DNA of 64,000 nt from an uncultured Planctomycetaceae bacterium (GCA_963813715.1 CAWFAK010000008.1:224001-288000), one strand, 5' to 3'. Shown: positions 34,579-44,274, counted from the stretch's first letter. The notes: generated by a model not told the origin, from the letters alone. Program-made: numbers and translations.

Positions 34579-35730
34579 ATGGCCAGTGCCACCGACGTCC
34601 GCGTGAAGCATCCCGAAAAGCGCGACAACGAGATCGATAAGATCTATCGCCAACTGATCAAGCACAACGGCTCCGACCTCCACATGCAGGTCGGCAAGCC
34701 GCCGATCCTGCGGGTGCGGGGCACACTGCGCGAGCTGCAGATGGAGCCCATCACCAAGGAGCGGATGTGGGAACTATTCGACCCGATCATCAGCGACCGG
34801 GATCGGCAGATCTACCAGGATACGGGGGGCTGCGACTTTTCCTACGTGGTGATGAGCGAGGGCGAAAGCTGGCGGTTCCGTGTCAACATGTTGATGCAGA
34901 TGGGCAACCCGGGGATGGTTTCCCGTAAGGTCGAGCGCTCGATCCCCGACTTCGAGGGGCTCTACCTGCCCCCGATCATGGAAGAGCTGTGCAAGTTCGA
35001 CCAGGGAATGATTTTGCTGGCCGGCGTTACGGGCAGCGGCAAGAGCACCACGATCGCCAGCATGTTGAATTGGGTCAACCACAACATGCGCAAACACATT
35101 TTGACGATTGAGGACCCGATTGAATTCGTTTACACGCCGGACAAGTGCCTGATCAATCAGCGCGAGGTGGGCATCGACGTCAAGGATTTCAAGATCGCGA
35201 TGAAACACGCGGTCCGCGAAGACCCTGATATCATGCTGGTGGGAGAAATGCGCGACATGGAGACGTTCGAGACGGCGCTTCACGCCGCAGAGACGGGCCA
35301 CCTCGTCTTTGGAACGATTCACGCCTCCAGCTCGCCCAGCACGGTGGGCCGTATTCTCGACCTCTTCCCAAACGAAATGCACAAAGCCCTGCGCGGCAGC
35401 ATGGTCTTCAACATGCGGGCAATCGTCGCCCAGAAGCTGCTGAAGACGATCTGCGAAGACGGCAAGGGGCCCGGCCGTGTGCCGATCGTGGAAATCATGA
35501 CCTTCAACCCGACTGTCAGAAAGCTGATTCTCGAAGGCGAAGACGAAAAGCTGCCGGCCGCCATGCGCATCGGCAAGGAGGAGGGCATGCAGCGTTTCAA
35601 TGAAAGCCTGTACGCCTTCCTGCAAAAGGATATGATCAGCCGTGCAGGAGCGTTCGAAATCTCGCCGAACGTCGAAGAGCTCAAAATGATGATCAAGGGC
35701 ATCGACGTGAAGAGTGCCGCCATTTTGTGA
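34579..35730 (+). CDS. pilT: PilT/PilU family type IV pilus retraction ATPase
   Basis: GSDLH, GVTGSGKSTT, TIEDPIE, REDPD..LVGEMRD, AAETGHLVFGT.H. Confidence 0.9.
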   Translation: MASATDVRVKHPEKRDNEIDKIYRQLIKHNGSDLHMQVGKPPILRVRGTLRELQMEPITKERMWELFDPIISDRDRQIYQDTGGCDFSYVVMSEGESWRFRVNMLMQMGNPGMVSRKVERSIPDFEGLYLPPIMEELCKFDQGMILLAGVTGSGKSTTIASMLNWVNHNMRKHILTIEDPIEFVYTPDKCLINQREVGIDVKDFKIAMKHAVREDPDIMLVGEMRDMETFETALHAAETGHLVFGTIHASSSPSTVGRILDLFPNEMHKALRGSMVFNMRAIVAQKLLKTICEDGKGPGRVPIVEIMTFNPTVRKLILEGEDEKLPAAMRIGKEEGMQRFNESLYAFLQKDMISRAGAFEISPNVEELKMMIKGIDVKSAAIL

Positions 35731-35774
35731 GGCCACCCCGTTCGTCGGGCCGTCTGATCAGGGAGAAGCCCCGC

Positions 35775-37633
35775 GTGAAACTGCGTAGCCGTGTGAGTTC
35801 CTGGGCCGGGATGCTCGCGCTTGTCGCGCTTTTGGTCACGTTGGCCGCGCCGGTCGAGACTGCGCGGGGACAGTCGTCGAAGACCTCGGGCGATGCGGGG
35901 AAGTCGACCGCGAAGGCCGAGACGTCCTCTGCCCCCAGCACGGCAAGCGTGTCCGACCGGTTTCCTCCCAGTCCGGTCCCCTTCTACCGGGGAAATCCGG
36001 AAAACCAATCGACGGGCGTGGGTGAGTACTTCAGCCGCGTCGCGCTGATCCTGCTGGTGGGACTGCTTGTCGCCTGGATGTGGATTTGCCGCTTCGTCGA
36101 CGAAGACAGCCGCGGCCTCAAAGTACGTCCCGAGTTCTGGAATTCGATTCTTGTCGTGACGGGTGTCCTGGGTTTCATCATCGCGCTCGCCTCGCCGCTC
36201 TTCGTCGTGGGGATGGCGTCGGTGCTATTGACCTGCGGCGTGCCGTTTGGCTTTTACGTCCAGGAACGCAATCGCCGCGTTCCGGAATCGGGCAAGATCC
36301 TCACGCCTCAGCATATTCGCGGCGTCGCCATTCGGTTGTTGGCCCGCGCGGGCATCCGGTTCGGCGCGGGGGCGGCGACGACTCCTCTGCCGGGCCGCCG
36401 ATCGAGTTCATCGGAAAGTCCGACGCTAGCGGCAAGGCCGACCGCAACCGCACCAAGCAAGTCGAGAACTCCAAGGGCTATATGGCGGCCAAGGAGCTTG
36501 TCTATGACGCGATCTTGCGCCGCAGCACGGACATCCACCTCGAACCGAAAGAGGACGAGATGTCGGTGCGGCTCCGCATCGACGGCGTGATGTATCCGAC
36601 CGAGCCTTTCGATCGCGTCGTCGGCGACGCAGTGATGAACATCTTCAAGGTCCTGGGCGGAATGGACATCACCGAAAAACGCCGCGGGCAGGACGGCAGC
36701 TTCGGTGCGCGGCTCGAGCAGCGCAATATCGATTTCCGTGCCGCCACGCAGGGAACCCGCCACGGCGAAAAGCTCAGTTTGAGAATTCTCGACCAGTCTA
36801 ACTCGGTCAATACACTGGCCGGCCTGGGCATGCGGAAGAAAATGCAGGAGTCGATGCGGCAGATCGTCCACCAGCCGCACGGTTTGCTCCTGAGCTGCGG
36901 TCCCACCGGAGCCGGCAAATCGACGACGCTGTATGCCTCGCTCAAGGACGTCGACGCGTATCAACTCAACGTGATTACCGTTGAGGACCCGATCGAATAC
37001 AAGATGGCCAACGTCAACCAGATCGAAATCAACACCAAGGCCGGCCAGACCTTCGCCACCTCGCTGCGGAGCATTCTGCGGCAAGACCCCGACGTGCTGA
37101 TGATCGGGGAAATCCGCGACGGCGAAACGGCCACCATCGCCTGCCAGGCTGCAAACACGGGGCACATGGTGTTCTCGACCGTCCACGCAAACGATTCGAT
37201 CACGGCTGTTTATCGAATGCTGGAATTGGGCGTGGAACCCTTCATGGTCGCCAACTCGCTTTCGGCCGTGCTGGGACAGCGGTTGGTGCGGCGTCTGTGC
37301 AAGGAGTGCCGGGAGGCGTACAAACCGGACAAGGCCGTTTTGGAGCGACTGGAAATTCCCTCCGATCGCATCGATCAGTTTTTCCGGCCACCCTCGCAGG
37401 CAGGCGAAATGTGCCCCGAATGCAACGGCCTGGGCTACGTCGGACGGACGGGCGTGTTCGAGTTACTGGTGATCAACGATGAACTGCGCGACCTGGTCCG
37501 AGACAAAGCGGCCGCCTCCAAGGTCAAGCTGGCGGCCAAACGCAACGGAATGCTGACCATGAAGCAGGAGGGCATTCGCCTCCTGGCCCAGGGCATCACA
37601 TCGGTCGAAGAGCTGGAGCGCACGGTTAAATAG
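35775..37633 (+). CDS. PilB/GspE family ATPase with N-terminal signal/TM region, frameshift near 36380
   Basis: TDIHLEP, RIDG, GPTGAGKSTTLY, EDPIE, LRQDPDV..IGEIRD, CxxC...CxxC; hydrophobic N-part in the 35727 frame. Confidence 0.88.
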
Positions 37634-37692
37634 CGAGCCGGGCCCCGCGCACACGTTCGGTTCCGCGCACACGTTTTCGCAAAGTCGCCACC

Positions 37693-38412
37693 ATGATCGA
37701 TGTCATCCTCCTGCTGGTCCTGGCCCTCGTCACCTGGAACGTGGCGGCAGAAGGCGCCTGGGGAGCTGCCGCGGTGTTTTTGACCGTCGTCTTCTCCGGC
37801 CTGATTGCGATGAACTTTTTCGAGCCACTGGCCAACTATCTCGAGGTGTGGACGGGGCCCGATTGGGCGATGCGACTCGACTTCATTTCCCTGCTAGTGC
37901 TCTTCGGCGGAAGCATCTTTTTGCTGCGGATGCTGGCCGAGTATCTGGTGCCCAGCTTTATCGCGGTCGAGGGCCGCCTGTATGACGTCTGCCGCTTTGG
38001 TTTCGGAGTGATGACCGGCTACGTCACCATCGCCTTCCTGCTGGCGGCCCTGCACGCCGCCCCGCTGCCCCGCGAGTTCCTGGGGTTCACTCCCGAGCGC
38101 AAGAACTTCTTCGGCATGACGGCCCCGGATCGCGAGTGGCTGGGCCTCGTGCAGTACATTTCCGAAAAGTCGATGCGCTCGTCAGAAGACCACCGCATCT
38201 TCGACGGCGCATACGTCGAAGTCGAAAACCACGTCAATCAGGTCTGGCCGACGTACATCATTCGCTACGCGTCCCGCCGCGATCTCTACGCCGCGGCCAA
38301 CGGCTCGACAACGGCAGCGCCGGGTACGCCTCCCGCGGGCGTGTCGCCGGGCGGCGGCGATCAGCCGAACGCCACGCTGGGCGGCGTTCGCGAACGCGGC
38401 AGCGGGCTCTAA
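37693..38412 (+). CDS. CvpA (colicin V production)-like membrane protein
   Basis: Four N-terminal TM helices (MIDVILL...EG.WGA...IAMNFFEPLA), then a soluble tail. Confidence 0.7.
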   Translation: MIDVILLLVLALVTWNVAAEGAWGAAAVFLTVVFSGLIAMNFFEPLANYLEVWTGPDWAMRLDFISLLVLFGGSIFLLRMLAEYLVPSFIAVEGRLYDVCRFGFGVMTGYVTIAFLLAALHAAPLPREFLGFTPERKNFFGMTAPDREWLGLVQYISEKSMRSSEDHRIFDGAYVEVENHVNQVWPTYIIRYASRRDLYAAANGSTTAAPGTPPAGVSPGGGDQPNATLGGVRERGSGL

Positions 38413-38507
38413 TCCCGGCGCAGTCTGTGCTCGGCCTGGCATCGACCCGGGGGGTTTCCCGGACCCGTGCGTTGTGTACGGTCGAGCGCGGCGCTCATCG
38501 ACGCCAG

Positions 38508-41500
38508 CTAGTCGATCCCGTGCTTCTTCAGCTTGCTGAAGTAGGTGCTGCGAGGGATGCCCAGCAGGCGTGCTGCGCGGGCCTTGTTACCCGAACACTT
38601 TCGTAGCGCACCGAGCAGGGCCTCGCGTTCCCAGCCCGGCGTCCCCTCGGCGCTCTGCGAACTCAGCGTGGCGCCCTCGGGAAATCCCGCCGGTTGACGG
38701 CGGCTGGTTGGCTTCGTCTCGATGATCTGCGACGGCAACCGTCCGGGTCGGCCAATTTCGGCCGGCAGATCGGCCAGCGTCACGCGATCCGACTCGGCCA
38801 GCACGACGGCCCGTTCCAGCACATTTTCCAGCTCGCGCACGTTGCCCGGCCAGCGATGCCGCTCAAGCGCCGCCAAAGCCTCGGGCTCGATGTGTGTGAT
38901 CCGTTTGCCGCACTTTTGGGCCGAACGCATCAGGAAATGGAGAGCCAGCTCGAGGATGTCCTCCGTCCGTTCGCGGAGCGGAGGCATTTGAATCGTAATC
39001 ACATTCAGCCGGTAATACAGGTCTTCGCGGAATCGGCCCTGGACGATCAGTTGTTCCAGGTCCTGGTGTGTTGCGGCGATCACGCGGACGTCGACCTGAA
39101 TTGTCTGCGAGCCGCCGACCGGCTCGAAGCACCGCTCCTGCAGCACGCGCAACAGCTTGATCTGAATGTCGAGCGAAATGTCGCCGATTTCGTCGAGGAA
39201 CAGCGTTCCGCCCGAAGCGGCCTGGAAGCGGCCAATCCGGTCGCGATGCGCACCGGTGAACGCCCCTTTCACGTGGCCGAAGAGCTCGCTCTCCAAGAGC
39301 GTGGGCGAGAGAGCGGCCGAATGGACGCAGACCATCGGCCCGCCTCGGCGCGGACTGTTTTCGTGCAGCACGCGGGCCACGAGTTCCTTGCCCGTGCCGC
39401 TTTCCCCCCGGATCAAGACCGACGATTCGCTGCCGGCGACCTTGCGGACCGTGTCGAGCACGCTGTCGATGGCCCGGCTCTTGCCCTTCATATCGCTGCG
39501 GTCGAGGTCGCCCGTTTGCTGAGTCGGCGCGGCGGTCGTTGGGTTCTGGATTTGCGAAAGCTCGGCCTGCAGGACGGCGATCTGTCGCGATTGCGTTTCA
39601 ATCCGCTCGATGCGTCGGGACAGTTCATCGTTGAGCCGTTCCAGGTCCCGATCGCTCTTGACGGTGTAGAGCGCGACGTTGGTGATCTGTCCCAGAGCAT
39701 TCAAAAACGTGAAATCTTCGCCGCTAAAGGGCGTCGAGGTTTGCTTCGCTCCCAGGAGCACCAGTCCCACGGTTTCGTTGCCGATTTGCATGCCGTGGGC
39801 CAGATCGATCCGCAACTCGCGAAGCGCCGTCTGGACGCCGGGCAGGTCGCTGCGCGAACCCAAGAGGGCCCGCTGCACGTTGCCCGATTCGACGACTGCC
39901 GGGATCAGTGGATGTTCGGGCGGAAACTGCCGCGGTAAGCTTTCGGCCCCGTAGGCCGAGATCAGTCGAAACGGCGAATCCGCGGCGGTTCGCAGATAAA
40001 GGGCCGCCCGATCGACGCCAAGCACGTCGCGGCAGGAGCTCAACATCAGCGAGGCGACGGCTTCCGGATCCGCCAGCCGGCCGACGGCCCGGTTCATCCG
40101 CTCGAGCACCGCGCCCAGCTGGTATTTCTCGCGGTAGAAGCGGCGGTCGAGCATGCCCTGAAACATGTCCCGCAGCCACAACAGCAGGATTACGGCCAGC
40201 ATCAGCACAATGGAAATGATCGCCGACTGCTGCGTGAGCGGAAACACGGTCAGGTACTGTCGCGCGAACGGGCTCAGGGCAAGCATCAGCGCAAAGGCGA
40301 CCGTCAGTCCGCAATTGGCCAGGTAATACATCACGCCCTTGGTGACGATCGTGTCGACCAGGAGCAGGCGATAACGGATGACCGTGTAGGCGTAGGAGAC
40401 GGTGAAACACAAGCCGGCCGAAAAGATCCAGACCCGCGCTCCGCCCAACGCGAAAGACTCGCGCTCAAAGAGCGCCTTGAACAGCGTCACTCCCATGCAG
40501 AATGCCGTCGCCAGGCCGGCCCCCAGCAACCACTGCAGCTGAATTTGCTCGACCGGGTTGCGCGAGCTGCGATAACTGCGAAGCACGCGGGCCATCGTGA
40601 TCACGAAATAGATCGCACCGACGACCAGTGAGCCGTAGATCCCCAGGCGAATGGCGTCCAGAAACTGACGCGTCATCGCCACGTTTGGGCGGAACAGGCC
40701 CGGCCAGCTGCAGATCGCGACCAGCGTGAGCAGACCGAGGATGCCGACGATCGGCAAACCGTAGATCAGCGCCAACGACATGCGCGGTCGCCAGACCAGG
40801 GGGAGCCACGTCCGCGGAAACACCAGGAAGAAGTGCAGGCAGACGGCGGGCAGCAACAGTGCACAAACGACGCACGGTGCCGTCAGCCAAAAACTGGCCG
40901 CCACGATCCACCAGTGATTGCTGCCCAAAAACGCGCCCAGCGTCACCAGGCACAGGCAGTAAAAGAGTTGCGATGCCCGATCGAAAGGACGGTTCCAATA
41001 GACGGCGGCCCCAATGGCGAACGCCACGGTCTGCAGCACGAACCAGACGAGCGAAAAAAGCACCTCCGAGAGGGGCAACGGCCGGATCGTGACGTAGCAT
41101 TTTTGGGCCTCCGCCAGCGTTTTGCCCTGGGGCACGAACTCGATCTCCACGATGCGCGTGCCGTCGTGGTACTGGGCCAGGGCCGGCAGCCCCTCGTTAT
41201 CGTATGGGTCGGCGCCAACCGGGAGGCCGGCATCGTTGGGAGTGGGCTCGCTTGCGAGCCGCATCTGTCCGCGTGTGAAGTCGACGAACGTATTGATCGG
41301 CCAGTCCGCCATGCCGATCAGGCGGTCACCCACGGCCGGGTGCCACTTCCCATAAACGCCCTCTTGTGGGACGGTCAGCATCACCATCCCATCGGCCACC
41401 CCATTTGGCCACGGCTTATCCGAGAGCAGGCCCCGAATTCCGAGGTCGGGGGCCGCAGCGACAATGCCCAGCACAATCATGGAATAGACAAGGATGACGA

Positions 41501-41540
41501 CCCCGCAGAACATCAGCAGAAAGGCCGTTCGCGATTTCAT
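38508..41540 (-). CDS. Membrane-bound sigma54-dependent activator (periplasmic loop, about 8-9 TM, GAF, AAA+, HTH)
   Basis: GESGTGKE, ESELFGHVKGAFTGA, LFLDEIGD, RFREDLYYRLNV, WPGNVREL, GNKARAARLLGI. Confidence 0.95.
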   Translation of the reverse strand: MKSRTAFLLMFCGVVILVYSMIVLGIVAAAPDLGIRGLLSDKPWPNGVADGMVMLTVPQEGVYGKWHPAVGDRLIGMADWPINTFVDFTRGQMRLASEPTPNDAGLPVGADPYDNEGLPALAQYHDGTRIVEIEFVPQGKTLAEAQKCYVTIRPLPLSEVLFSLVWFVLQTVAFAIGAAVYWNRPFDRASQLFYCLCLVTLGAFLGSNHWWIVAASFWLTAPCVVCALLLPAVCLHFFLVFPRTWLPLVWRPRMSLALIYGLPIVGILGLLTLVAICSWPGLFRPNVAMTRQFLDAIRLGIYGSLVVGAIYFVITMARVLRSYRSSRNPVEQIQLQWLLGAGLATAFCMGVTLFKALFERESFALGGARVWIFSAGLCFTVSYAYTVIRYRLLLVDTIVTKGVMYYLANCGLTVAFALMLALSPFARQYLTVFPLTQQSAIISIVLMLAVILLLWLRDMFQGMLDRRFYREKYQLGAVLERMNRAVGRLADPEAVASLMLSSCRDVLGVDRAALYLRTAADSPFRLISAYGAESLPRQFPPEHPLIPAVVESGNVQRALLGSRSDLPGVQTALRELRIDLAHGMQIGNETVGLVLLGAKQTSTPFSGEDFTFLNALGQITNVALYTVKSDRDLERLNDELSRRIERIETQSRQIAVLQAELSQIQNPTTAAPTQQTGDLDRSDMKGKSRAIDSVLDTVRKVAGSESSVLIRGESGTGKELVARVLHENSPRRGGPMVCVHSAALSPTLLESELFGHVKGAFTGAHRDRIGRFQAASGGTLFLDEIGDISLDIQIKLLRVLQERCFEPVGGSQTIQVDVRVIAATHQDLEQLIVQGRFREDLYYRLNVITIQMPPLRERTEDILELALHFLMRSAQKCGKRITHIEPEALAALERHRWPGNVRELENVLERAVVLAESDRVTLADLPAEIGRPGRLPSQIIETKPTSRRQPAGFPEGATLSSQSAEGTPGWEREALLGALRKCSGNKARAARLLGIPRSTYFSKLKKHGID

Positions 41541-41672
41541 GGCGGGTGCTCTCGCCGAAGAGGCGTATTGGTCGCAGGGTTCGTGGGGCGAAGAGTTGCT
41601 CGAGCCGATTGTCCGAAACACGTCCGGTAGGCTCTGTCACAAACCCCCCAGCCCCCAATCACTTGTAGCGTT

Positions 41673-41726
41673 TCGGCGCCGCGAAAGCAACGATCGGCGC
41701 CGAAGCGGCGCGACGATCGGCGCCGA
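41673..41726. promoter_or_regulatory. Three palindromic TCGGCGCCG(A) boxes, putative enhancer (UAS)
   Basis: Copies start at 41673, 41694 and 41717 (21 and 23 bp apart), upstream of a -24/-12 site. Confidence 0.6.
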
Positions 41727-41741
41727 AACGGGAGGACGAAG

Positions 41742-41768
41742 TTGCAAAGTCACTTGCAGACTTTGCAA
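41742..41768. promoter_or_regulatory. Perfect inverted repeat TTGCAAAGTC-N7-GACTTTGCAA
   Basis: 10-bp perfect arms followed by an A-rich tract, between the UAS boxes and the promoter. Confidence 0.6.
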
Positions 41769-41834
41769 TAAAAATGGGGGATTTCGGCTGAAAAGGGCGT
41801 TGTTTCTCCGGTCATCGCGCGCCGAGCCACTTTC

Positions 41835-41849
41835 TGGCACGGCACGTGC
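41835..41849 (+). promoter_or_regulatory. Sigma54 -24/-12 promoter TGGCACGGCACGTGC
   Basis: TGGCAC-N5-GTGC with exact GG-N10-GC spacing; divergent from the sigma54 activator gene. Confidence 0.75.
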
Positions 41850-41860
41850 GTTACTGGAAT

Positions 41861-42080
41861 ATCGCGACGAGTTCCAATCGTCACTCGTAAGAGTGGCGAG
41901 AGCGGGATTCGGCGCTCAATTTTCGACCCAGCCTGACCCCCGAGGGTGATGTCCAGCGCGAACAAGGCCTGGTTGAGGAAGGTCCCCTGAGAGCAGCCTG
42001 ACCCACTCTGCTCATCAGTTCCCCAATCGCAAACGAACGTCCAAGGCCTTGAACGTGCACTCATTCTCGGGGGTCATTCT
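41861..42080 (+). ncRNA. Candidate structured non-coding RNA, family unknown
   Basis: GUAA-capped hairpin 41878-41899, hairpin 41900-41917, long irregular hairpin 41934-42076; no credible ORF; starts at the predicted sigma54 +1. Confidence 0.6.
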
Positions 42081-42213
42081 ATGCGCACTGGGTTTGGCCG
42101 CCGATGTCACGCGCCGGTCGACTGAGCGATCGCACGGCGTAGCCGGCGGCGCGATCTGACTCACTCTGCTGATATTTGCGCCCACCCTTTCAAGCGTTGC
42201 CGGTCGCCCGTCC

Positions 42214-42621
42214 TCAGCGACTTGGCCGGTACGTAGCGCAGGAGCGGGGGCTTTCCCAGAGCGAGACCTCGGCCACGGGCAGCCCCTCGGCTGCGGCATG
42301 GTCGTAGATCATCCGGGCGATGTTTTCGGCCGTCGGATTGTCCTGAATCAGGGTCAAAGGCTCGCCCAGTGACTTCAGGAACGGGACGGCCGGGTCGGCC
42401 TCGCACAAGATCATCCGATGATCGAGTTGGCTGTCGACCCAGGAGCAAAGCGAGCGTTTGATGTCGGCAAAGTCGACCAGCATCCCCCGCTCGTCGAGCT
42501 TGGCCGTCTCCAGCACGATCACGGCCTTGCCGTTATGCCCGTGCAGATGGCGGCACTTGCCGGAATAGTTGAGCAGCCGGTGGCCGTAACAGAAATCGAT
42601 TTCTTGGCTGACGCGGTACAT
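42214..42621 (-). CDS. queD: 6-carboxytetrahydropterin synthase (PTPS family)
   Basis: FCYGHRL..Y.GKC.HLHGHN, GM.VDF, LDH, NPTAENIA, WESP. Confidence 0.9.
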   Translation of the reverse strand: MYRVSQEIDFCYGHRLLNYSGKCRHLHGHNGKAVIVLETAKLDERGMLVDFADIKRSLCSWVDSQLDHRMILCEADPAVPFLKSLGEPLTLIQDNPTAENIARMIYDHAAAEGLPVAEVSLWESPRSCATYRPSR

Positions 42622-42795
42622 GAGGCGCGATAAATCGGGCAGGCGTTGGCGCCACGCCGTTCAAGCGGGATCCCGGCGACCGTCAGCACCAATTGGGCTA
42701 AGCAGTCGCCGGTTTGAGGGAATCGCATCCCGATTTTAGGACGGGGCCTCGCGACGAACAAGCAGCCCCGCGCCCGCAATTCAGCCCGCTCTGGC

Positions 42796-42939
42796 CTACC
42801 GCGATTGCATGCGGGAGGTCACCCAGCCGCCGGTGACGATCATCGCGAGCAACATGCAATAGTCGAACATGGTGGCAGCCTGCCAACGCGCCAGACAGTA
42901 GTCGCAGTAAGGACCGTAATGACCAATGAAGTGTTCCAC
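42796..42939 (-). CDS. Small (about 47 aa) single-TM hypothetical protein
   Basis: GTG after AGGGGG; MEHFIGHYGPYCDYCLARWQAATMFDYCMLLAMIVTGGWVTSRMQSR. Confidence 0.5.
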   Translation of the reverse strand: MEHFIGHYGPYCDYCLARWQAATMFDYCMLLAMIVTGGWVTSRMQSR

Positions 42940-43299
42940 AGGTCCCCCTAGAGCCGATTCCGCCGGCGACCCGGAAACGCAGCGGTCGCGCAGGGCCAGC
43001 GGCCAATCGAGACAAAATTCGTGGGATTGGGTGATGACGACGCCCGAGTGCGGAGGACACTCGTCAGTTTGACGTCGGTGCAAGTTCTCCAGCGATTGAG
43101 ATCACGTGCCCCAGAATAGGGTCACGCACCGCGATCTTTTTGAATTTTGCCCGCAAGCAGAAATGATGTGCAGATGTGTTTTGATGTGATACTCAAGCCT
43201 AGCTTGTGGAATTTCGCCGCGGAGCCGGGAACATCAGTGGACACATGACATTTCTGAAATTGTCAACCATTGACAGCCGCGGTTTTGGCCAATTCCTAT

Positions 43300-43843
43300 T
43301 CACTTGCCGCTCGTTTTCCGCAAGTTGATGAGAATCCATTCCAACAGATGAACAGCTGCCGATTCCTGGCGACGCAGCCGGCGTCTGGACGGCTTGCACT
43401 TACGATCGTCGGCTTCAAGTGACAGCTCGATTTTCTGGACGACAACGGTCGGCCGTTTACGGAGCTCGCGGGCCGCGAAGGCCACGAACACCAAACCGTC
43501 TTGCTCGGGCGGAGCTCCCGGCCCCAAATGGCCCGTAACGGCGGCGGCAATGTCCGCGTGCGGCGTGGCCTCAAGCGCTCCGGTGGCCATGGCTGCGGCA
43601 ACCTCCCGGCTCACCGGACCGGGATCGCGGAGCAGCCGACGGGAGACGCGCAGCCAGCGTGCCTTCGTTTCCACCTGGTAAACGACAGCCGACCCGCACA
43701 AGAATTCGGAAACCCCCGGGATCCGCGCCAAAAGTGCGGCCGCCAGTCCGCCCGTGCAACTTTCGGCCAATACCAGCCGAACCTTTTGCGCGGAGCTGTG
43801 CGACCACGCGCTTGGCCCAGGCGGTTAGTTCACGCTCGCTCAA
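43300..43843 (-). CDS. CinA C-terminal / PncC (NMN amidohydrolase) family, frameshift near 43780
   Basis: AESCTGG, PGVS..L.GS.VVY, VS..VA.AMA.G, VTG.LGP, GLVFVA. Confidence 0.88.
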
Positions 43844-44274
43844 CGCCGACCTTTCAAAGTCATCCGGCAGTCACACTTGCGCTCATTGTTAAGGTGAGTA
43901 GACGACGCAATGCACCGGCTCTGGACCGACTATTTGGCGGCCCGTCCTGCACTCTGCCCGCGCCAGCCCGACTTGAGCGTTCCGATTGGCGAGACTCTGC
44001 CTGACGTGCCGATTATTCCACCAGAACGCTCTCACGATAAGCCCGAAAACACTCCGTGGCCCTCTCAAGCCGCGGCCAAAACAGCCACCGCGCGGCAGGG
44101 CAACCTACCGACGATCGGCAATGCCGCTTCGCTGCGCCTGGGCTGCGGACTTTGAAATTAAGAGCGCAACGGCCTTGGGGGGTCGTTCGGCTTTCGGTTT
44201 GGCGGCACCGCCACTCGGGCGATAGCCGCGGCGAAACGAATCCGGACGAAAAGGCCGGAGGGGGGCGGGGCAGT

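Noticed and set aside
37645..37675. 13-bp tandem duplication CCGCGCACACGTT before the cvpA-like gene
   Set aside because: Only two copies and no other support; likely a local slippage duplication.
41934..42076. Firm call as 6S or SRP RNA
   Set aside because: No large two-sided central bubble as in 6S and no SRP domain IV tetraloop motif was found, so the family is left unassigned.
41949..42125. 13-14 codon ORFs (MSSANKAWLRKVP, MRTGFGRRCHAPVD) as the sigma54 target
   Set aside because: No clear ribosome-binding context, and the first is buried in the long hairpin. Not fully excluded without Ribo-seq.
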